Position numbers and translations under genes: made by a program. A DNA stretch of 63,973 nucleotides, filler included, from Bigelowiella natans CCMP2755 (taxonomy: Eukaryota; Protista; Cercozoa), in the NCBI GenBank assembly GCA_000320545.1. It is 9 parts of 9 records of this genome, joined end to end, with 100 filler letters (N's around TTAATTAATTAA, not from the genome) between each part and the next. Parts side by side here need not be neighbours in the genome. Positions count along the whole stretch, not along the records: positions 1 to 31,601 come from ADNK01000808.1; 8 more parts are not named here. One strand, 5' to 3'. Shown here one piece after another: positions 1 through 13,524 of the stretch. A model generated the notes under the pieces. That model searched no databases and was not told the origin of the DNA. It saw nothing but the letters and a program-made list of their open reading frames with translations. Within the stretch, counting starts at the first letter, position 1, and each line of letters opens with the position of its first letter.

Positions 1-199
1 AGAAAAGACCTTTCTTAACCCAAAAATCATCATTCTCCTCCTCCTCCCCCTCATCATCATTATCACCCCCCCCCCCAGGAATAATATGCTGGGGGGAGGG
101 GTTAAGACGGGTGGTTTTTCTCCCCCCCCCCCCCCCCCATTCCCCAAGGCACTGAAGCCTCATCATCATGCTCATCATCAAGCTCATCACCATCGCCAA

Positions 200-651
200 C
201 CTTAGGAATCTTAGCTCCGAACTCCAAAGTGTCGATGTTTTGCGTGAAGTTTCGCAACAGAACCTTGGTTAGAAGGAGGGGAGGGGGGGGGCTAGGGTCA
301 GGGAAAAAGCAGGCATTGCGATGAACTCTTAGAGACTAAGCAAAGTGGAGGAGAAGGATGGGGTAAATTGATTATGTGCTGATGATGGCGGTTGTGCAGC
401 AGTGAGAGCTTCATGTTCCCTCCCCCTGTTCCCGGATGTACGAACGGCGATTCACACTTAAAATTGGATCTTAACGGTGAGGCAAAGGGAGGTGGCTACA
501 CAATCTACACATGACTTTCTTTTCCGCGAGGAGACGTATAAAGCAGTGCGTGGGCGTTGGCTTGTAGAGGCCTGGGTAAAGGCCCTGAATGGCGGAATAG
601 AGGCGGATAGGGGTAAAAGCATGATAATGATCACGATAACGGTGATGGTGG

Positions 652-683
<32 letters not shown>

Positions 684-1196
684 GTAGGTGATACGAAGAA
701 GCAGGGTGAGGATGACTTTGGCTATCATCAGCATGCAGCAGCTAGGAACTAAGCAAGAAAGGAGCTGTGTGTTACTTTATACGGGTGACTATTGATGATA
801 CTACCATGCGCACACTGGCTAATGACCCACCATCTGAAGATCCATACACACACGCACACGCACACGCACGCACTGTGTGTATGTGTATGTGTATATCTAG
901 TGGCAGAACCTTCGCCAATTCGCAAAATGGCTTCGGATTGACACGGAAAAACCTGAGGTTGCAAGCAGTCCATGCATGGATATGGGCCTAAGAATTTTCC
1001 CTCAAAGGAGGCTGCTGTCCATCGTCGTATTACGAATATAGATCATAGTTAGTGTGTGCACGCACTCGATATTGAACATATCCTCTGGACTCGGCAAATT
1101 GTACTTCTGTAGGTTGTCGTAGAGGCCTGAGATCACAGGATGGAGGAGGGTGACCAAACAGTTGCAATGCATGGTATTAGCATGGGGAGTCGACTT

Positions 1197-1259
<63 letters not shown>

Positions 1260-1386
1260 TGCGAACATAGCTAAAGATTTGCAGCCATAAACTTTGCCAA
1301 AGCGCGAATATAAGCGTTCCCATGTCACGACAAAAATGTTTTCATACGTCAGACGGACGATCAATTTTGAGTGATGCGCGACACAG

Positions 1387-1473
<87 letters not shown>

Positions 1474-2049
1474 GTGCCTGGGGTCCTGAAGTCAGGGATA
1501 CCGGCGCTAACGCTTATTCCTGCCCCAGTCATCACGACGATGTTTGATATCTTCCCGTCCTAATGATGGTTTGTTAGGAGGGTATGGGGGGGGGGGGAGG
1601 GAAGAAGTGAGGAGGACGCAGAACCCAGATGTCGCTGAGACGACAAGACTTTTCACTTCTCTCTCTCAGTACGTGCCTTGATAGCCTTTGCGACTCCTTC
1701 GAGGGTCAGGGGAACGCCATTTGGGGACTTCTTCTTCGTCTCCTTTGCAGGTTCTGTTGGTGTCGGCGGTGACGCTGGTGGTGGCGGTTGTTTCAATGTT
1801 TGTTCTCCTTCCTTCTTTCCGGAATTATTCTCGTGCGGAGGCGATGACGATGGGGGTGGTGACTGTGTCTGCGCTTGCTCTCCGCCCCGCTGCTCATCGG
1901 GTGTGTTCTTCCTCGCAGCTTCTTTCCCATCATTTATTTCGACCTGCACATGAGAATGATCGACAACTTAGCGTGTTAGGGTTGGAGGAAGGCACAGGCT
2001 GCCTCTTCACGCAAAGGACCTTCGAAAGCTTCTCTGTGACATCATCCAT
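200..2049 (-). CDS. SIRT2: Class I sirtuin (SIRT2/Hst2-like NAD-dependent deacetylase), multi-exon, 3' end runs off the window start
   Basis: Spliced exons give LTLEGVAKAIK|DGKISNIVVMTGAGISVSAGIPDFRTPGTG|LYDNLQKYNLPSPEDMFNIE|FFRVNPKPFCELAK|GLYPGLYKPTPTHCFIRLLAEKK|VLLRNFTQNIDTLE; GAGIS, GIPDFR and TQNID are the Sir2 signature motifs. Start ATG at 2049 inferred. Confidence 0.9.
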
Positions 2050-3784
2050 CGTGGGTGAATGAATGGGTGCTCAAACTTGTTCCGCTTGTATGCGTTTGGG
2101 ACTTTTGAAGCATTATTGGCCCCCATAATAACGGTGAATTCTATCCTACGACATGTCATCATCTATGAGAAAGGCAGAAACCCCATGTATTTCACGTGAT
2201 TCTTAAAATTAATCCTTTTATGTTGATACTATTTATTCATCTCCACGAAATTTCCTGATTTCCGGCCGGTTCGTCGGTACAGAAAAGGAAATTAAGAATC
2301 CGAATCGAGCTTTCGTTCTCGCAGGAACGAAATAGATCTAGGAAATTTCGTAGCCATCACTCACATATACCCACGAACTGATAGTATTGCATCATGCGAC
2401 GGGCAGAGAATAAGTGTCTATTTGATATCCAGTAATATCCTAAATTTTATGCCCGAAAGAGATCCGGAGCCAGTTTTTCGCTCAAACCAGATCTCGGATG
2501 CAGCGCCCAGGCGTGGCTGCGCTTTTCGCGTTACTAGCGTTCTTGGATTGGACCATCGTCGCAAAGGTTCCAGTTTCTATTCTAAAGATAGGAAACGAAG
2601 GGGAAGAATGAACGAGGGGGGGCGGGTGGTCGAGTGGGGAGCGATATGTGATCCCTAAGATTCGCTTCTCCCTCTTCGGCGACGACCTTCAAAGAAATCG
2701 TCTGACGACGCAGTTTACTAGAAAGATGAAATTTGAGACGATATAATAGAGAGGGGTTATTTGACGTCATGAGTCATCCATTCGCCATGTACACTTAGAT
2801 CACCCTGGCTGTTGCAGCGCTCAATTTCATAACAAACCCCGATCCAGTTGCCCGGATTGCAAGTTTGGCCATGATGGTGACACTACTCAATAAAAGCCGC
2901 TCATTATCCTTTGGTGAAATCATGCTTCATACATGTGCATCTTTCAGGCGGTGATGCTTGTAATCGTAAAATGCATTAAGCGCGGTATTGCTGCTGAGGA
3001 AGCAAAGAAGGTAATGTGGTAAATAGAGGGTATCACAATCCCCGTTCCATAATGGATTATTGCAGGCCGGATGTTTGTGCAGCATGTTCATGTGATTCAA
3101 TTAGAACTTTTGATGCTCCATGAAATCCAATTTGATGCTTCATGAAATCCAACATTTTCCCTTCCTAATTAGTCGTGAAGTCAATTTGTCTTCCGGAGAT
3201 TGTAGCTTGATTTTTCGATGATCATTCAAATGCAACACAAAACACTCCGACTTCAAAGTGACTCAAGTCCATGTTTATATTGATACATTGCGTGCTCTAT
3301 GAAGGCCAGGGAAAGAAAAGTCGATTGATGGATGAAGTTGCAAGTACCGATTTGCTGTTGAGCTATGATGCCCTCGTTCCAGATGGAATGAGCTCGTCAT
3401 TGCTAGCATCATTACGATCTTAATTATTATCTGATTTGTTTGCAAAACGGCTGATAATCATGGAGAATAATTGCAAGGTACCCAATCAAGGGGGACAAGG
3501 AAGCCTAATGCACCACCATCCGTATTATCCCAAGGCAAAATAAAGGTTCAGCTTTGAAAAGAGTTAGTGGTTCAGAAGTAGGAAAGTTGAAATTACAGGT
3601 CAGTACATCGCTGCGATCCGATTGGATTCGGATTTGGGATGATTGCAATAGGGGATGAGATAGCTATACTTCATGTCCTTAAGACAATGTCATGTCTTAC
3701 ACCTCAATTACACCATGCAATTCATGTGCGCCGCTGCGAACTTGATCGAATGCGCCAATGACCTGTTAGCTACGCTCTTACATT

Positions 3785-4110
3785 CTGTGTGATGACATCA
3801 GCGCACACCTGGTGACTTTGCAAGCACATTGTGCTGACTCCAACATGCATCTGTGCATGGACACATGCAACATGACGCCCATGCACAGATGCAACATGAC
3901 GCATTGGCCCTAGCAGTGGCACCAGTGCTGCAATGATGCAGATGACCAAAATGGTCTGCTGTGACGAAAGATGCGTCAGTCGGTGCTATGGCCTACTAAT
4001 CTAACACCTGCTTCGGCGCCTGAATGCTGCAAGTTGCTCAATTTACACGGCCTGATTCAAGATGACCGCCATGGCCGCTGCTTTGCAGAGCTACATCAAG
4101 ATGGCCATTG
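3785..4110. repeat. TpA-depleted repeat remnant (hypermutated patch)
   Basis: TGCA/CATG-rich, almost no TA; survivors are mostly CTAG, CTAT, CTAC, CTAA; its right end is homologous to 33901-33960. Confidence 0.55.
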
Positions 4111-4144
4111 AAAAGATTTAAACCACTGTGTTACATCCGTCTCA
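4081..4144 (+). repeat. Dispersed repeat segment, copy 1 (others at 27815-27840 and 33901-33960)
   Basis: gcagagctacatcaagatggccattgaaaagatttaaac..ttacatccgtctca versus gcatagctacattaggatgacaattgaaaaaatttaaacgtttcattacatccgtctta at 33901. Confidence 0.7.
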
Positions 4145-6457
4145 CACTGGCCTGATTCTCATGATTCCTGACCACAGTTACTACCTCGTTTTTGCCGTTT
4201 TGGTGCAAGTGTAACGCACTGATTGCACATGTCTGGTGGATCTGAAAAAATGCAGAGTATTCTTAAAACTAATGATCCCTTACAAATACCACATTGAGTA
4301 TCACTGAATTTTCCCCACTTAAAAATGGCCGAGGCCGTAAGAATAAAACAAATCCTCTTTGCATCGATTGTTACCAGCTCATGACTATGAATTGTATTTG
4401 AAAATTGAAAATACTGATGAATTCTGTTTTCAGGCACATTGGCCATGTGCCCTTGTATGTTTCTTCTTTCATTTCAGAAAGAGTCTTACACAAGTAATGA
4501 TTTCTTATTTTCATTAATCATTATTATTATTTGAGCTATCGGAAACAAAAACGATGGAATCGCTGCTACTGCACTCATCATCCGTACCTCCAATATGTTC
4601 CCAAATAGGTCTTATAGAACGACGTTAAGATAAACATTCGTCATGAATTCCCTGAAGGCGTGGCTTCCCTCTTCACCTCGCTCTCTCTCTGTTGTACATC
4701 TACTTCCATTTGTGAACGGCTGCAGCTCGGCTGACGGTTAAGCCTCTGCATTAAGACATCTATCATTGCTTTAGCCCCACAATACTTACTGCTAGGTTTC
4801 GATATTACGTATCGTGAAATAATGCGGAAGCAAGTCATGAAATATTTCCCCCTCATCCATCGTAGATAAGAAGAGCAACTCCCCGTCGTCGGCTTCGAGC
4901 TTCGAGCTTGGAGGAATTTGACGTTCGATAAGTTCTGATTTTTTTGAAATTTTGTGGCTCATCGTCGAGAAATGACGAGAAGTTTTCTCTACGATGTTGT
5001 TCTTTATTGTCGCATTTTAGTAATTTTCTACATTTTTAGGAACGTCGATATTTTTTGGGACGTTTTCGGAATAGTTTGAAATGTGAACGCCACTCGCCAC
5101 AAGCTCGAGAAATCTTTTTCTGCTTGATGACGCAAAACTAAAATTCCGACGAAAATCCAACATCGTGTCCTGGCTGTGACTGTTGTTGCCGGATGTTCGG
5201 CAGGTATTCCCTTTGGAGCCCGTACTTGGTACCCCTCCAGGTATCCTGTGTGCATTCTCTTGCAAAGAAGAGAATACTCAGACATATGTAACCGAAACTT
5301 CGTAAATTTTTACATGGGAAATCCGGAGGAAATATCCAAAATGGATCTCATCTAGCCATAATTATTTCAAAATAGCGAAATTCTGTATGAATCGTGATAT
5401 TCATACATAAGGGATCAGTTTGCTCTTAGACTAGCTAATTTGTAGGACGTTTGGTAGTGTATGTCAAGCAATAGGAGCCTAAATTTCCCGAAAAGCTACG
5501 ACATTACGTTAACATGCTACGGCTACTTAAACGTAAAGAATTGCTGATCTGAATATCTCGATTCGGCGAAGAGAGTATGAAGAAAGACAGATCACTTAGT
5601 TTTGTACTAAAATAAGGTGTTTTGCACCCGCATAATTGAACACGGAGAGAACGAAAAAGCGATCTCTTTTTATGCATTTGCTCGTGGATTTCCGCGAGGC
5701 GCAAATCGGGCTCTCTGATTTAATTCATTGTATTTTTTGAATGCGACTACCAAAAGGATTGCACCACAGCCATAACTGCCATAACCTGTGGACGGGGTCT
5801 CGAAGGAACCCCCCCTCTAAAATCTTTTCAATTTTTTAAAAAAACATGATATATCTTCAGTGCGGCTACAAAATATTTCTGTCGTTAAAGTTAAATTACG
5901 ACCATTACTTGCTCTCCATCTGGGCGCGTAACATCTGTTTTCAGATGGGTGACGAATTTCTTTGAGGCCGAATATGCCGATCATTTGGCAATTACGACAA
6001 TATTTCGTCAGTCGTATTATCAAAACATAAACCATTTATTCTCCGTCGCTCCTTACTATGCTACCTTGTTGCTGAATGATTTAAAGAGAGACTCGGCGTT
6101 GGACACTCACCTCTCCCCCCCCGCATCTTCGATCTTCCGTTGATTAGCGGTATCAAAAATTTTCATGTCCCTCTAAGAGACGTGGACTAGGGTTAGGATT
6201 GGAAGGATGAGAATTTGCCACCCTTTACCACTGATTATATGATACCATCGCCAATTAATACACGATGCTTTCAAATACATAGGCTGGACACAAATCTACC
6301 TCAAGCTGAGAAAGTGTGTCACCTCTAGGTATCTGTCCTTCAAATACGATTCAATTGACATTGAATAGTGACTCCTTTGCTGAGAGCAAACTACGTGAAA
6401 GGAGGGTTTCCTTCTAGCACCGGCACTGTTTGACACGTCGCCACGAAGGGCAACACC

Positions 6458-7676
6458 ATGCCTCTTAAGAAGTGTTTTTCCTCCCCGCACTTGAGTCAAC
6501 TTGTCAAAGCAGCGGAAAAGGAAAGCTGTAGCCCAAGACCTAAGGCAAAACATAGAGCTGGTGGGTTGCCTGCCCCGCGTCCGAAAGTCAACGGGGAAGG
6601 AAACGCTCATCAAAAAGGAAAGAATGGCGGGAACGGCAATGGAGCCGGCGGCAGTGTGGGTACCCTGAATGGTGGAAAACTAAAAAAGTGTTTCTCATCA
6701 CCACATCTTAAGGACTTGAATAGCATTCCTGTTGGCGATGCTGCCGCGTCGGGTCAATACAGCAGCGGCCGCAAACGGCATGACGGCAGCAATACTTTCC
6801 GCAACGAGGTCATCAACTGTAGGTTCCGCTCCTGTGGATGCACTGTCCGCCTCTCTCGCGAGCGGATGGACTCCCACCTTCGCACAAATGCTGCGACCCA
6901 CTCACTGCTGATACTGAACAAGATCGATGACATCGGCCGGAAGAACGAGCAGATCTTCAAGCGCCTCGTCACAGTGGAGAAGTCGATACAGTCGATGAAT
7001 CAGCTCTTTGAAAACCTACAGGATGTGCTCACTAGGAAGGGGATCCCTACAGTAAAGCAGGAAGGTAGGTTAGGATTTGGGAGCACTGCAAATGCTGCCA
7101 GTATGGGGATACTCAGTAGTAATAATAGCAGTATTGAGGTGGGTGGCGGATTTGACCTGCTGCCACGTGTCAAAAGCGAGCACCTCGCGGCGTCCATGCA
7201 GCGACTCTTAGCACAGCAGGAGGCCGTCGCTAAAGAAGTTAAGATGCTCCCTCACTCATCTTCTCTCAAGGGGTTTGCCTCCAGCGACATTCTAGGCAGC
7301 GCTGGGGCCCCACACAGGAGGAATAACATCAGTAGCAGCATCAATAACAACAACAAGCGGGTGATGATGATGCCTGAACATTTAGATCTCGCAGTGGGCA
7401 ACGGACGTAGCACCCAGCATCATCCGAATAAGCGCCAGAGAAAGGAGCTGTCGTCTCTGCCGATGAACGGCATTGCTACTGCTACCTCTGCTATGTCGTC
7501 ATCGTCAACTCTCGGAGGAAGTGCTGGGTTCCATCATCCTGCTGCTAAGGCGAGCTCGGCTGCTTCGCTTTCATCCACAGCGCAGCAGCACCATTTCCAG
7601 AATGTCTACGGCATGAGTAACAGCGGCAGTGCCAGCGCCATGGCTCTAGCAAGGAGCCTCCAGCACAACTCGCACC

Positions 7677-7711
<35 letters not shown>

Positions 7712-8503
7712 CCTACCAACAACATTAGTCAACACCTCAACCTGCACCATTCCTCCTCCACCACCATCTCCTCCTCCTCCTCCCACCATCTCCATCACCA
7801 CCAGCAGCAGCAACAACATCACAACCCATATTCCTCCATGCTTCCTTCCGCAGCCGCCCAGATGAACAGTCATCATCGGGGCGGGGTGGCAGCCCGCCCC
7901 CACCGACCGCTCGATTCCGTTTCTCTGAGCGCCCAGACCAAACAGGCGGCCCGCCGCGTGCAGAACATCATCGATGCAAAGGCGGCGAAGGGGTTAGGAG
8001 CGGGCGGTGTTGGAGGTGTAGGTGGCAGCAATAGGCTCGGGGGATCGTCAGGCGGCTCCTCGCGGCGGAAGACCCGGTCCCGTGTGAAGAAGGGCAAGAA
8101 CATCTTCGAGGCGCCGAAGAAGCCGAAGACCGCCTATAACTACTACCAGATCGGCGTGCGCGAGAGCATCATGCTCGAGATCATGGGGGACGGCGCTGCA
8201 AACAGCAGCAAGGAGGTGCAGAGCCAGAAGGTCGCGCGGATCATCGGCGAGCGCTGGAAGAACATGCCTGAGCACGAGCGCGAAGCTTTCAACAACCTCG
8301 CTCTCCGCGACAAGCAGCGGTATAAGCGGGAGCTGGAGGAGTACGTTCAGCTCAAAGCACAGCTGAAAGAAGCGTGCAACAAGAACAATGCGGCTGCGGC
8401 TGCAGCTGCTGCCGCTGCTGCGGCGGTGGTCGGTGGAAGCCACCGCCATGCTATGGCGGCGCAACAGTTGGGGCAGCAGCAGCAGCGAGTGAGCTACCAC
8501 TAG
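6458..8503 (+). CDS. HMG-box protein with N-terminal TRAF-type zinc-finger-like segment, coiled coil and Q/H/S low-complexity middle; intronless 681 aa ORF
   Basis: APKKPKTAYNYY...IIGERWKNMPEHEREAFNNLALRDKQRYKRELEEY is a canonical HMG box; CRFRSCGCTVRLSRERMDSHL...H resembles a TRAF Zn finger. Confidence 0.85.
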
Positions 8504-9960
8504 CTACATGTGCTCGGAATCAAATGAACGCCACCCAGTGGAAGAAGGAAGAGAGAAGAACGCAACGTTTGTTTCTTAATAATCTGCATCGAATGATTCT
8601 ATATCTCCCCGTCATGGCTCGTCGGCATATCATTTCTGTAATTGGGAGGGAAAGCACCAACATCACGCTACGACGAAGACGTTGGGGGGGATTTGGTGTT
8701 TGTGTTGGTGGTAATTGTGTCTGCCCCCTCCTGTCAGAATGATAAGGATAACGACATTGCGGTGGATAGGTAACTATTATTTGTGAACATCTACCCAATC
8801 ACAAGAGAACGCAGGAAGACTCTTCATCGGCAGGGATGTGCGTGTGAAAGAGGGGGAATGAAGGAAGTAATGATAGAAGTCGTATCTACTTTATCGTATT
8901 TATACATCGAAAGAACACGTAGTTTACATATGTATTTATAGCAAATAATACCACCTTAATTCAAGCTTAGCTCGGTGCAATTTTGTAATGTGCACCCATG
9001 TGCGAAGGAGCTTAGCATGGATACTCACAACTGCTGAATGTAAAAATGCAGAACACCGTGTAGATCAAGTCAAATTGAAGAGAAATATAAAAAGAACCAT
9101 TGGCGATCGAAATTTTTGAATGTGAATCGTAAAAATAATCGTGTCGCTGATTTGATTGCTGTGCACAAGCGCACAATTCTAGAATGTTGTGTGTAGCAAT
9201 GCAACCAGCAACGTGCACAAATTACACACGGACGACAAGTCTGTTGTGTGTGCTGTGGTAGTCGATCAGGCTCATTGTAAGCAAATTTCCCATGCAGTGC
9301 AACACCTGAGAGTGCCACATGATGTCTCATCGATCTGCAATGTGCTGTCATGTTGCTGCAACATGTGAATGCGTCGCACGCATGCTGGCATGCTAGCTAA
9401 CAAACCCTGACATGTCACCTTTTAGTTGATGTGTCACCATGACAGACATGCAACACACGATGGGACGAATGACATTGTTGTGCACAGCTCATGTGTGCAA
9501 GAAGCTTGTTGTTTGTGCATGTGTAATGAAGAGTCTAGCTTTGTGCACATCGATGATCCCAAACCGAAATGAATGGATTGATGTTGTTGAGCGTGCAACA
9601 CACAAGGCAGTCCATGAAATTGCAAGGCACACTCATGATGGACACAGAAAACACGTGCTCCTAACAAGAACGCAGAACAAAATTTCGCGAACATCGTTCT
9701 ACGTGATTGTTTGCTTTTTGTCTGAGTCAAATTGGACAAAAATCATGTCTTAATCTAAATTTTGGTTGGCATCTCAATCAAATTTATTTCAAACACGTAG
9801 CTAGCACACACGTAATGCTTGTAGATATTCGCATTTTTTTAGGCAATATTCTTTACTTGATGTTGCGCAATTTGTCTTCGTAGCGTTTTTCATCTACTTC
9901 GTAGCGTTTTTCATCTTATTAGATCACTGTCAAACTTCTTTTGGCGGGTTAAAACCAAAA

Positions 9961-10681
9961 ATGAAACTACCTAGACTCAGCATGCTCAAGATCGATGTGG
10001 AGGGAGAGACTAAAAACACGTTGCGTAACAACTGGGTAAAGATGAATTCACCCCGCGTAAAATTTGACAAAGATGAAAACTTTGGACGGAGGCCGTGGAT
10101 GGGACGCAGATGGCGTCCCAGACGTTGTGAGATGGAGATGTTGAAAAATTTGAGGAGTCCATCTCATGAAAACTCGATCTTTGTGTTTGAAAAAACACCC
10201 ATGAAGGACAAGTCAAACGTGATTCCCATCTTAAATCTTTCTCAATCATCGCCTTGTGCGGAGAATTTTCCATCGATTCACCGCAAAACCTTTGTTCGCA
10301 AAGCCATAGACGAAAATTGGGAACGAAGCATCAGTCGTTCACCGAAAATTGGGTTGCCAAGTTTGCAAACCAATTCCATGTCTTCGCTGGTGAGACGTGT
10401 AAGTGCTTTGAAGGCATCAGATAAACAACAAAAGTTGCTGCGGAAGAAGGGTGAGATCGTCGTTTAGTTTTGTTTTGCATCAACAATTCATTGTTTGCTT
10501 GTTTCCAGGAAAAAAAGTCGTTAAACGTTGTTGGACTGAAGGCAAGGAATGGAATCAGATTGAACAACGAAACTATGCCCATGAAATATCTAAATTCGAA
10601 AAAGGACCACTTCGAAAATTGCAACTATTAAATCAAAGTGAACTGGAAAAAAATGGAGTTTTTGTTAAACCACAAATTTGA
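9961..10681 (+). CDS. Hypothetical protein (two exons, intron about 10451-10509), partly TpA-eroded; possibly cargo of an outer repeat
   Basis: 168-aa ORF continues after a gt..ag intron into GKKVVKRCWTEGKEWNQIEQRNYAHEISK; no recognisable domain. Confidence 0.35.
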
Positions 10682-12181
10682 GATGACTGGCATCCATTCT
10701 TTGCATTGGGTGCATCATGAACATTTGCGTGCTTCACAGATGTTCTTTGCTTGTCAATAAAGAGCCTTGTTTTTGTGACCCATGCACGTTCTGTGCGCAA
10801 CATGCATGCAAACATTGTTTGTCGGGTTGCATGCCACTACAAGTTGTGAAATAGGCAATTTGTCAATTGTGCACAACAAAACATCCTCTCGGTCCAGTGA
10901 GCCGTTTTTGAACTAAGTTTGAGGTGTCAACGGACTTTCACAACGAATTTCGCAAGATGACTTCAGAGCAGATTTTGAAAATTTCTGATGTCGTCAAGAA
11001 CATCCATTTTGAGTTCAGGAAACCTAAAAATTGGAATGAAAAAGATGACATTGTTGAATGGAAATTTAAGCATGTCTATGAATCAGATTCTGATTCTGAA
11101 TGACATGATGCTGAGGATTTCGATGCAGATGATGATTCCAATTTCAAACAGTGATGACACATCTTTGAATTCTTGCAAATCGAAAACTTGATCATGAGCG
11201 TTGCACAAAATGCAGTTTTGGAGCAAAATGCCGTTTTGAAACAATGCGCACAGCAATGTGAGCAACATCGAAAGCGGTGCGCACGACACACAAGCATGCG
11301 CTGCCGCGTGCTGTTGCATGGCTTGCACGGTTCGGTGCACGTGAGCATTCTGGATTGCGCGTGCGTGCATTGCGCATTGCACGCTGCATTGCTGCAATGC
11401 GAGCGGCGCAGCTGCACGCTAGCTGCGTGCGAACGTGGCAGCAAATCATTGCACAAAGACGTCTTTGATTCACAACTTGACGCAGCAGCATGTGCTGCTG
11501 CGTGCAGGAATCGTGCGTTTTGCCATGTCGTGCGTGCAGAGCTGCTCGTCTACAAGTGTCTGCGTTTCGTCGGCGCGCGTTGTGCGCAGCGCAGCTGGCT
11601 GCCAGCTGCGCGCCGTCGTCGCATTGCACTTCATTGTTGCAGCTGTGCGATGCGTGAGGTGGGCACTTCACGTGCAGGCAGTCTCACCAGCAGCGTGGCG
11701 TGCTGCTCGGGCACAGCATGGCAGTGCGTGCAGCCAATTATTAAGCGTTGCACAAAATGCAGTTTGCTGCAAAAAGCACGATGCGCAATGTGCGTTTGAC
11801 ATGCACTGCGCAGTCGACCACATGTGTTTGCACAACAAGCTAGCAAGGCAGTGCATGCATGCGTGCGCATGCCGCGCATGCACGCACGCGTTGTTCATTG
11901 TCACATTGACCTCGTTGCGAGTGCGCTGCCATCAATCAAATGCTTTATCTGCACGCGCACACGCGTGCACGCACGCGCGATTGTGGTTGGCAATTGCACG
12001 CGTGGCACGATGCAGTTTTGCCTGTTTGATGCAGCAAGCTTTTTGTCATGCAAATTGCGTGCTTCAGCACTCTGCATGATGATGTGAGAACGTTGCATGC
12101 AGACGCGTGCAGTTTGCATGCACTTGCATTGCACACTCGTGCGTGTGCGCATGCTGCAGTGCACGCACACTGCATTGCAGC

Positions 12182-13487
12182 TCACGGCCTCTGCTCGTCT
12201 CTTGCGAGGGCCCGCTGCCGCACTCTGTCTGCCCTGCTGTCTCGGGCGTGCATTTTCATTAGTTGAGCCTCCCACCTGCGCATTGCAGCGTCCTGTGCTG
12301 CAGCATGCCGCGAGGAGGAACGAGGCTTCCGTGCGCGCCGCTCACCTGCAGGAGCTGACGCTCTGCTGCCAATGCTGCGTGCATTGGCAGGCCTTTTTGC
12401 ACGTGGCACAGAGCCAGTGGCCCTGGCCACGTCCCAGCTGCGTTTGACACCGCGCTGGTTGCGGGAGTTTGCCCTGACAGGTCTGAACTTGTTCTTGACC
12501 TGTTGGGCATACGTGCACGTGAGGTCACGAGGCAAGTGGACGTTTGCATGCGTTCACCTGTGTCAGCTGGAACACCAGGGACGCAGCAACGTCGTGGAGG
12601 TCTCTGTGATGCCTCCACGAGGTCATCACCCTCCAACCTTTTAATCGGGAGAACACGTTCTCCACGATTACTCGTGTGGCACCAAATGCCCTGTTGCTGT
12701 CACTGTCAGCAGCAGGCATGGGCCTCCCACGAGGTTTCCTGCGGGGAGTGACGTACTTCGGGTCTCGCCTACACAAGTACGCCCCATCCCCACCAATGCG
12801 CTCGAACCACTCTACTTGAGTGTCGAGCCGTTCCCCCCCCCCCCCCAGCCTCTCCCCGATCGATGGAGAGGTCAGAGGTGGCAGCGGGATGTCCGCTGCT
12901 CACCCAACACAGGTCGCCGGTGGATACAGACACGGCGGCCACGTATCGTTTGGCGAAAGCCCTGTTTTTGAAGGTCCAGAAGCGTCTCTGGTCTTCCTTC
13001 AATTTGGGCTTGCCAATGGGGCAATCTGTCGCATCGACGTATAACGTCACATGCGATGCAGGCCCACTTGCACGAATCAAGTTGCTCTTTCTGGCTTCCA
13101 ACTTAATTTCGTGCATGTGGGCCCCAAGGGTTACGACGGGAACCCAGCACTTATAATTATAAGTGTTTCTGTGCATTTTCCATATTGCTGCACCCTGCTG
13201 TTGCGTGGGATACACCCACACGAAGTGCAGGGCCAGCAGCACGTCCTTCCTGAGAAGGCCCGTCTCGTAACGATACTTGTCCCACAAGTATTGTACCTCC
13301 TGCAAGCTCAGGCCGAACATAGATACCCAGGCCTCATTCGAGAACCTGTGAAAGTATCTTTCATATAGTTCGACCCAAGCTTCCCTCTCCTCAGCGGCTC
13401 TGCGAGGGGAAAGGAGGTCAAGAGCATGAGGGCAACGGGAGAAGCAAAAAGGGCATACGTTGTAAAAGAGCCCGCCCTCCTGCTCAT
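12182..13487 (-). pseudogene. DDE transposase (DDE_Tnp_4, PIF/Harbinger/IS5-like) of element A; 3 exons; +1 frameshift in a G14 run near 12833-12846
   Basis: Motifs YVDATDCPIG, RYVAAVSVSTGDLCWVS, SD, GDGAYLC, RVIVENVFSRLKGW; two ~58-bp gt..ag introns; spliced C-terminus QLTQ|VKNKFRPVR aligns to element C's VQIKNRFRPVR. Confidence 0.85.
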
Positions 13488-13524
13488 GTGTGTGGCCTGA
13501 CTCTAAGTTTAAAAAAAAAAAAAA

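Noticed and set aside
4159-5285. Gene with a CxxC pair (QCGICKG...CNQC)
   Set aside because: Short frames without a coherent splice model or recognisable family.
11076-12275. Cys/His-rich ORFs in all six frames as metal-binding proteins
   Set aside because: By-product of lost TA-containing stop codons and TGC/CAC/GCA enrichment in non-coding subterminal DNA; they overlap on both strands.
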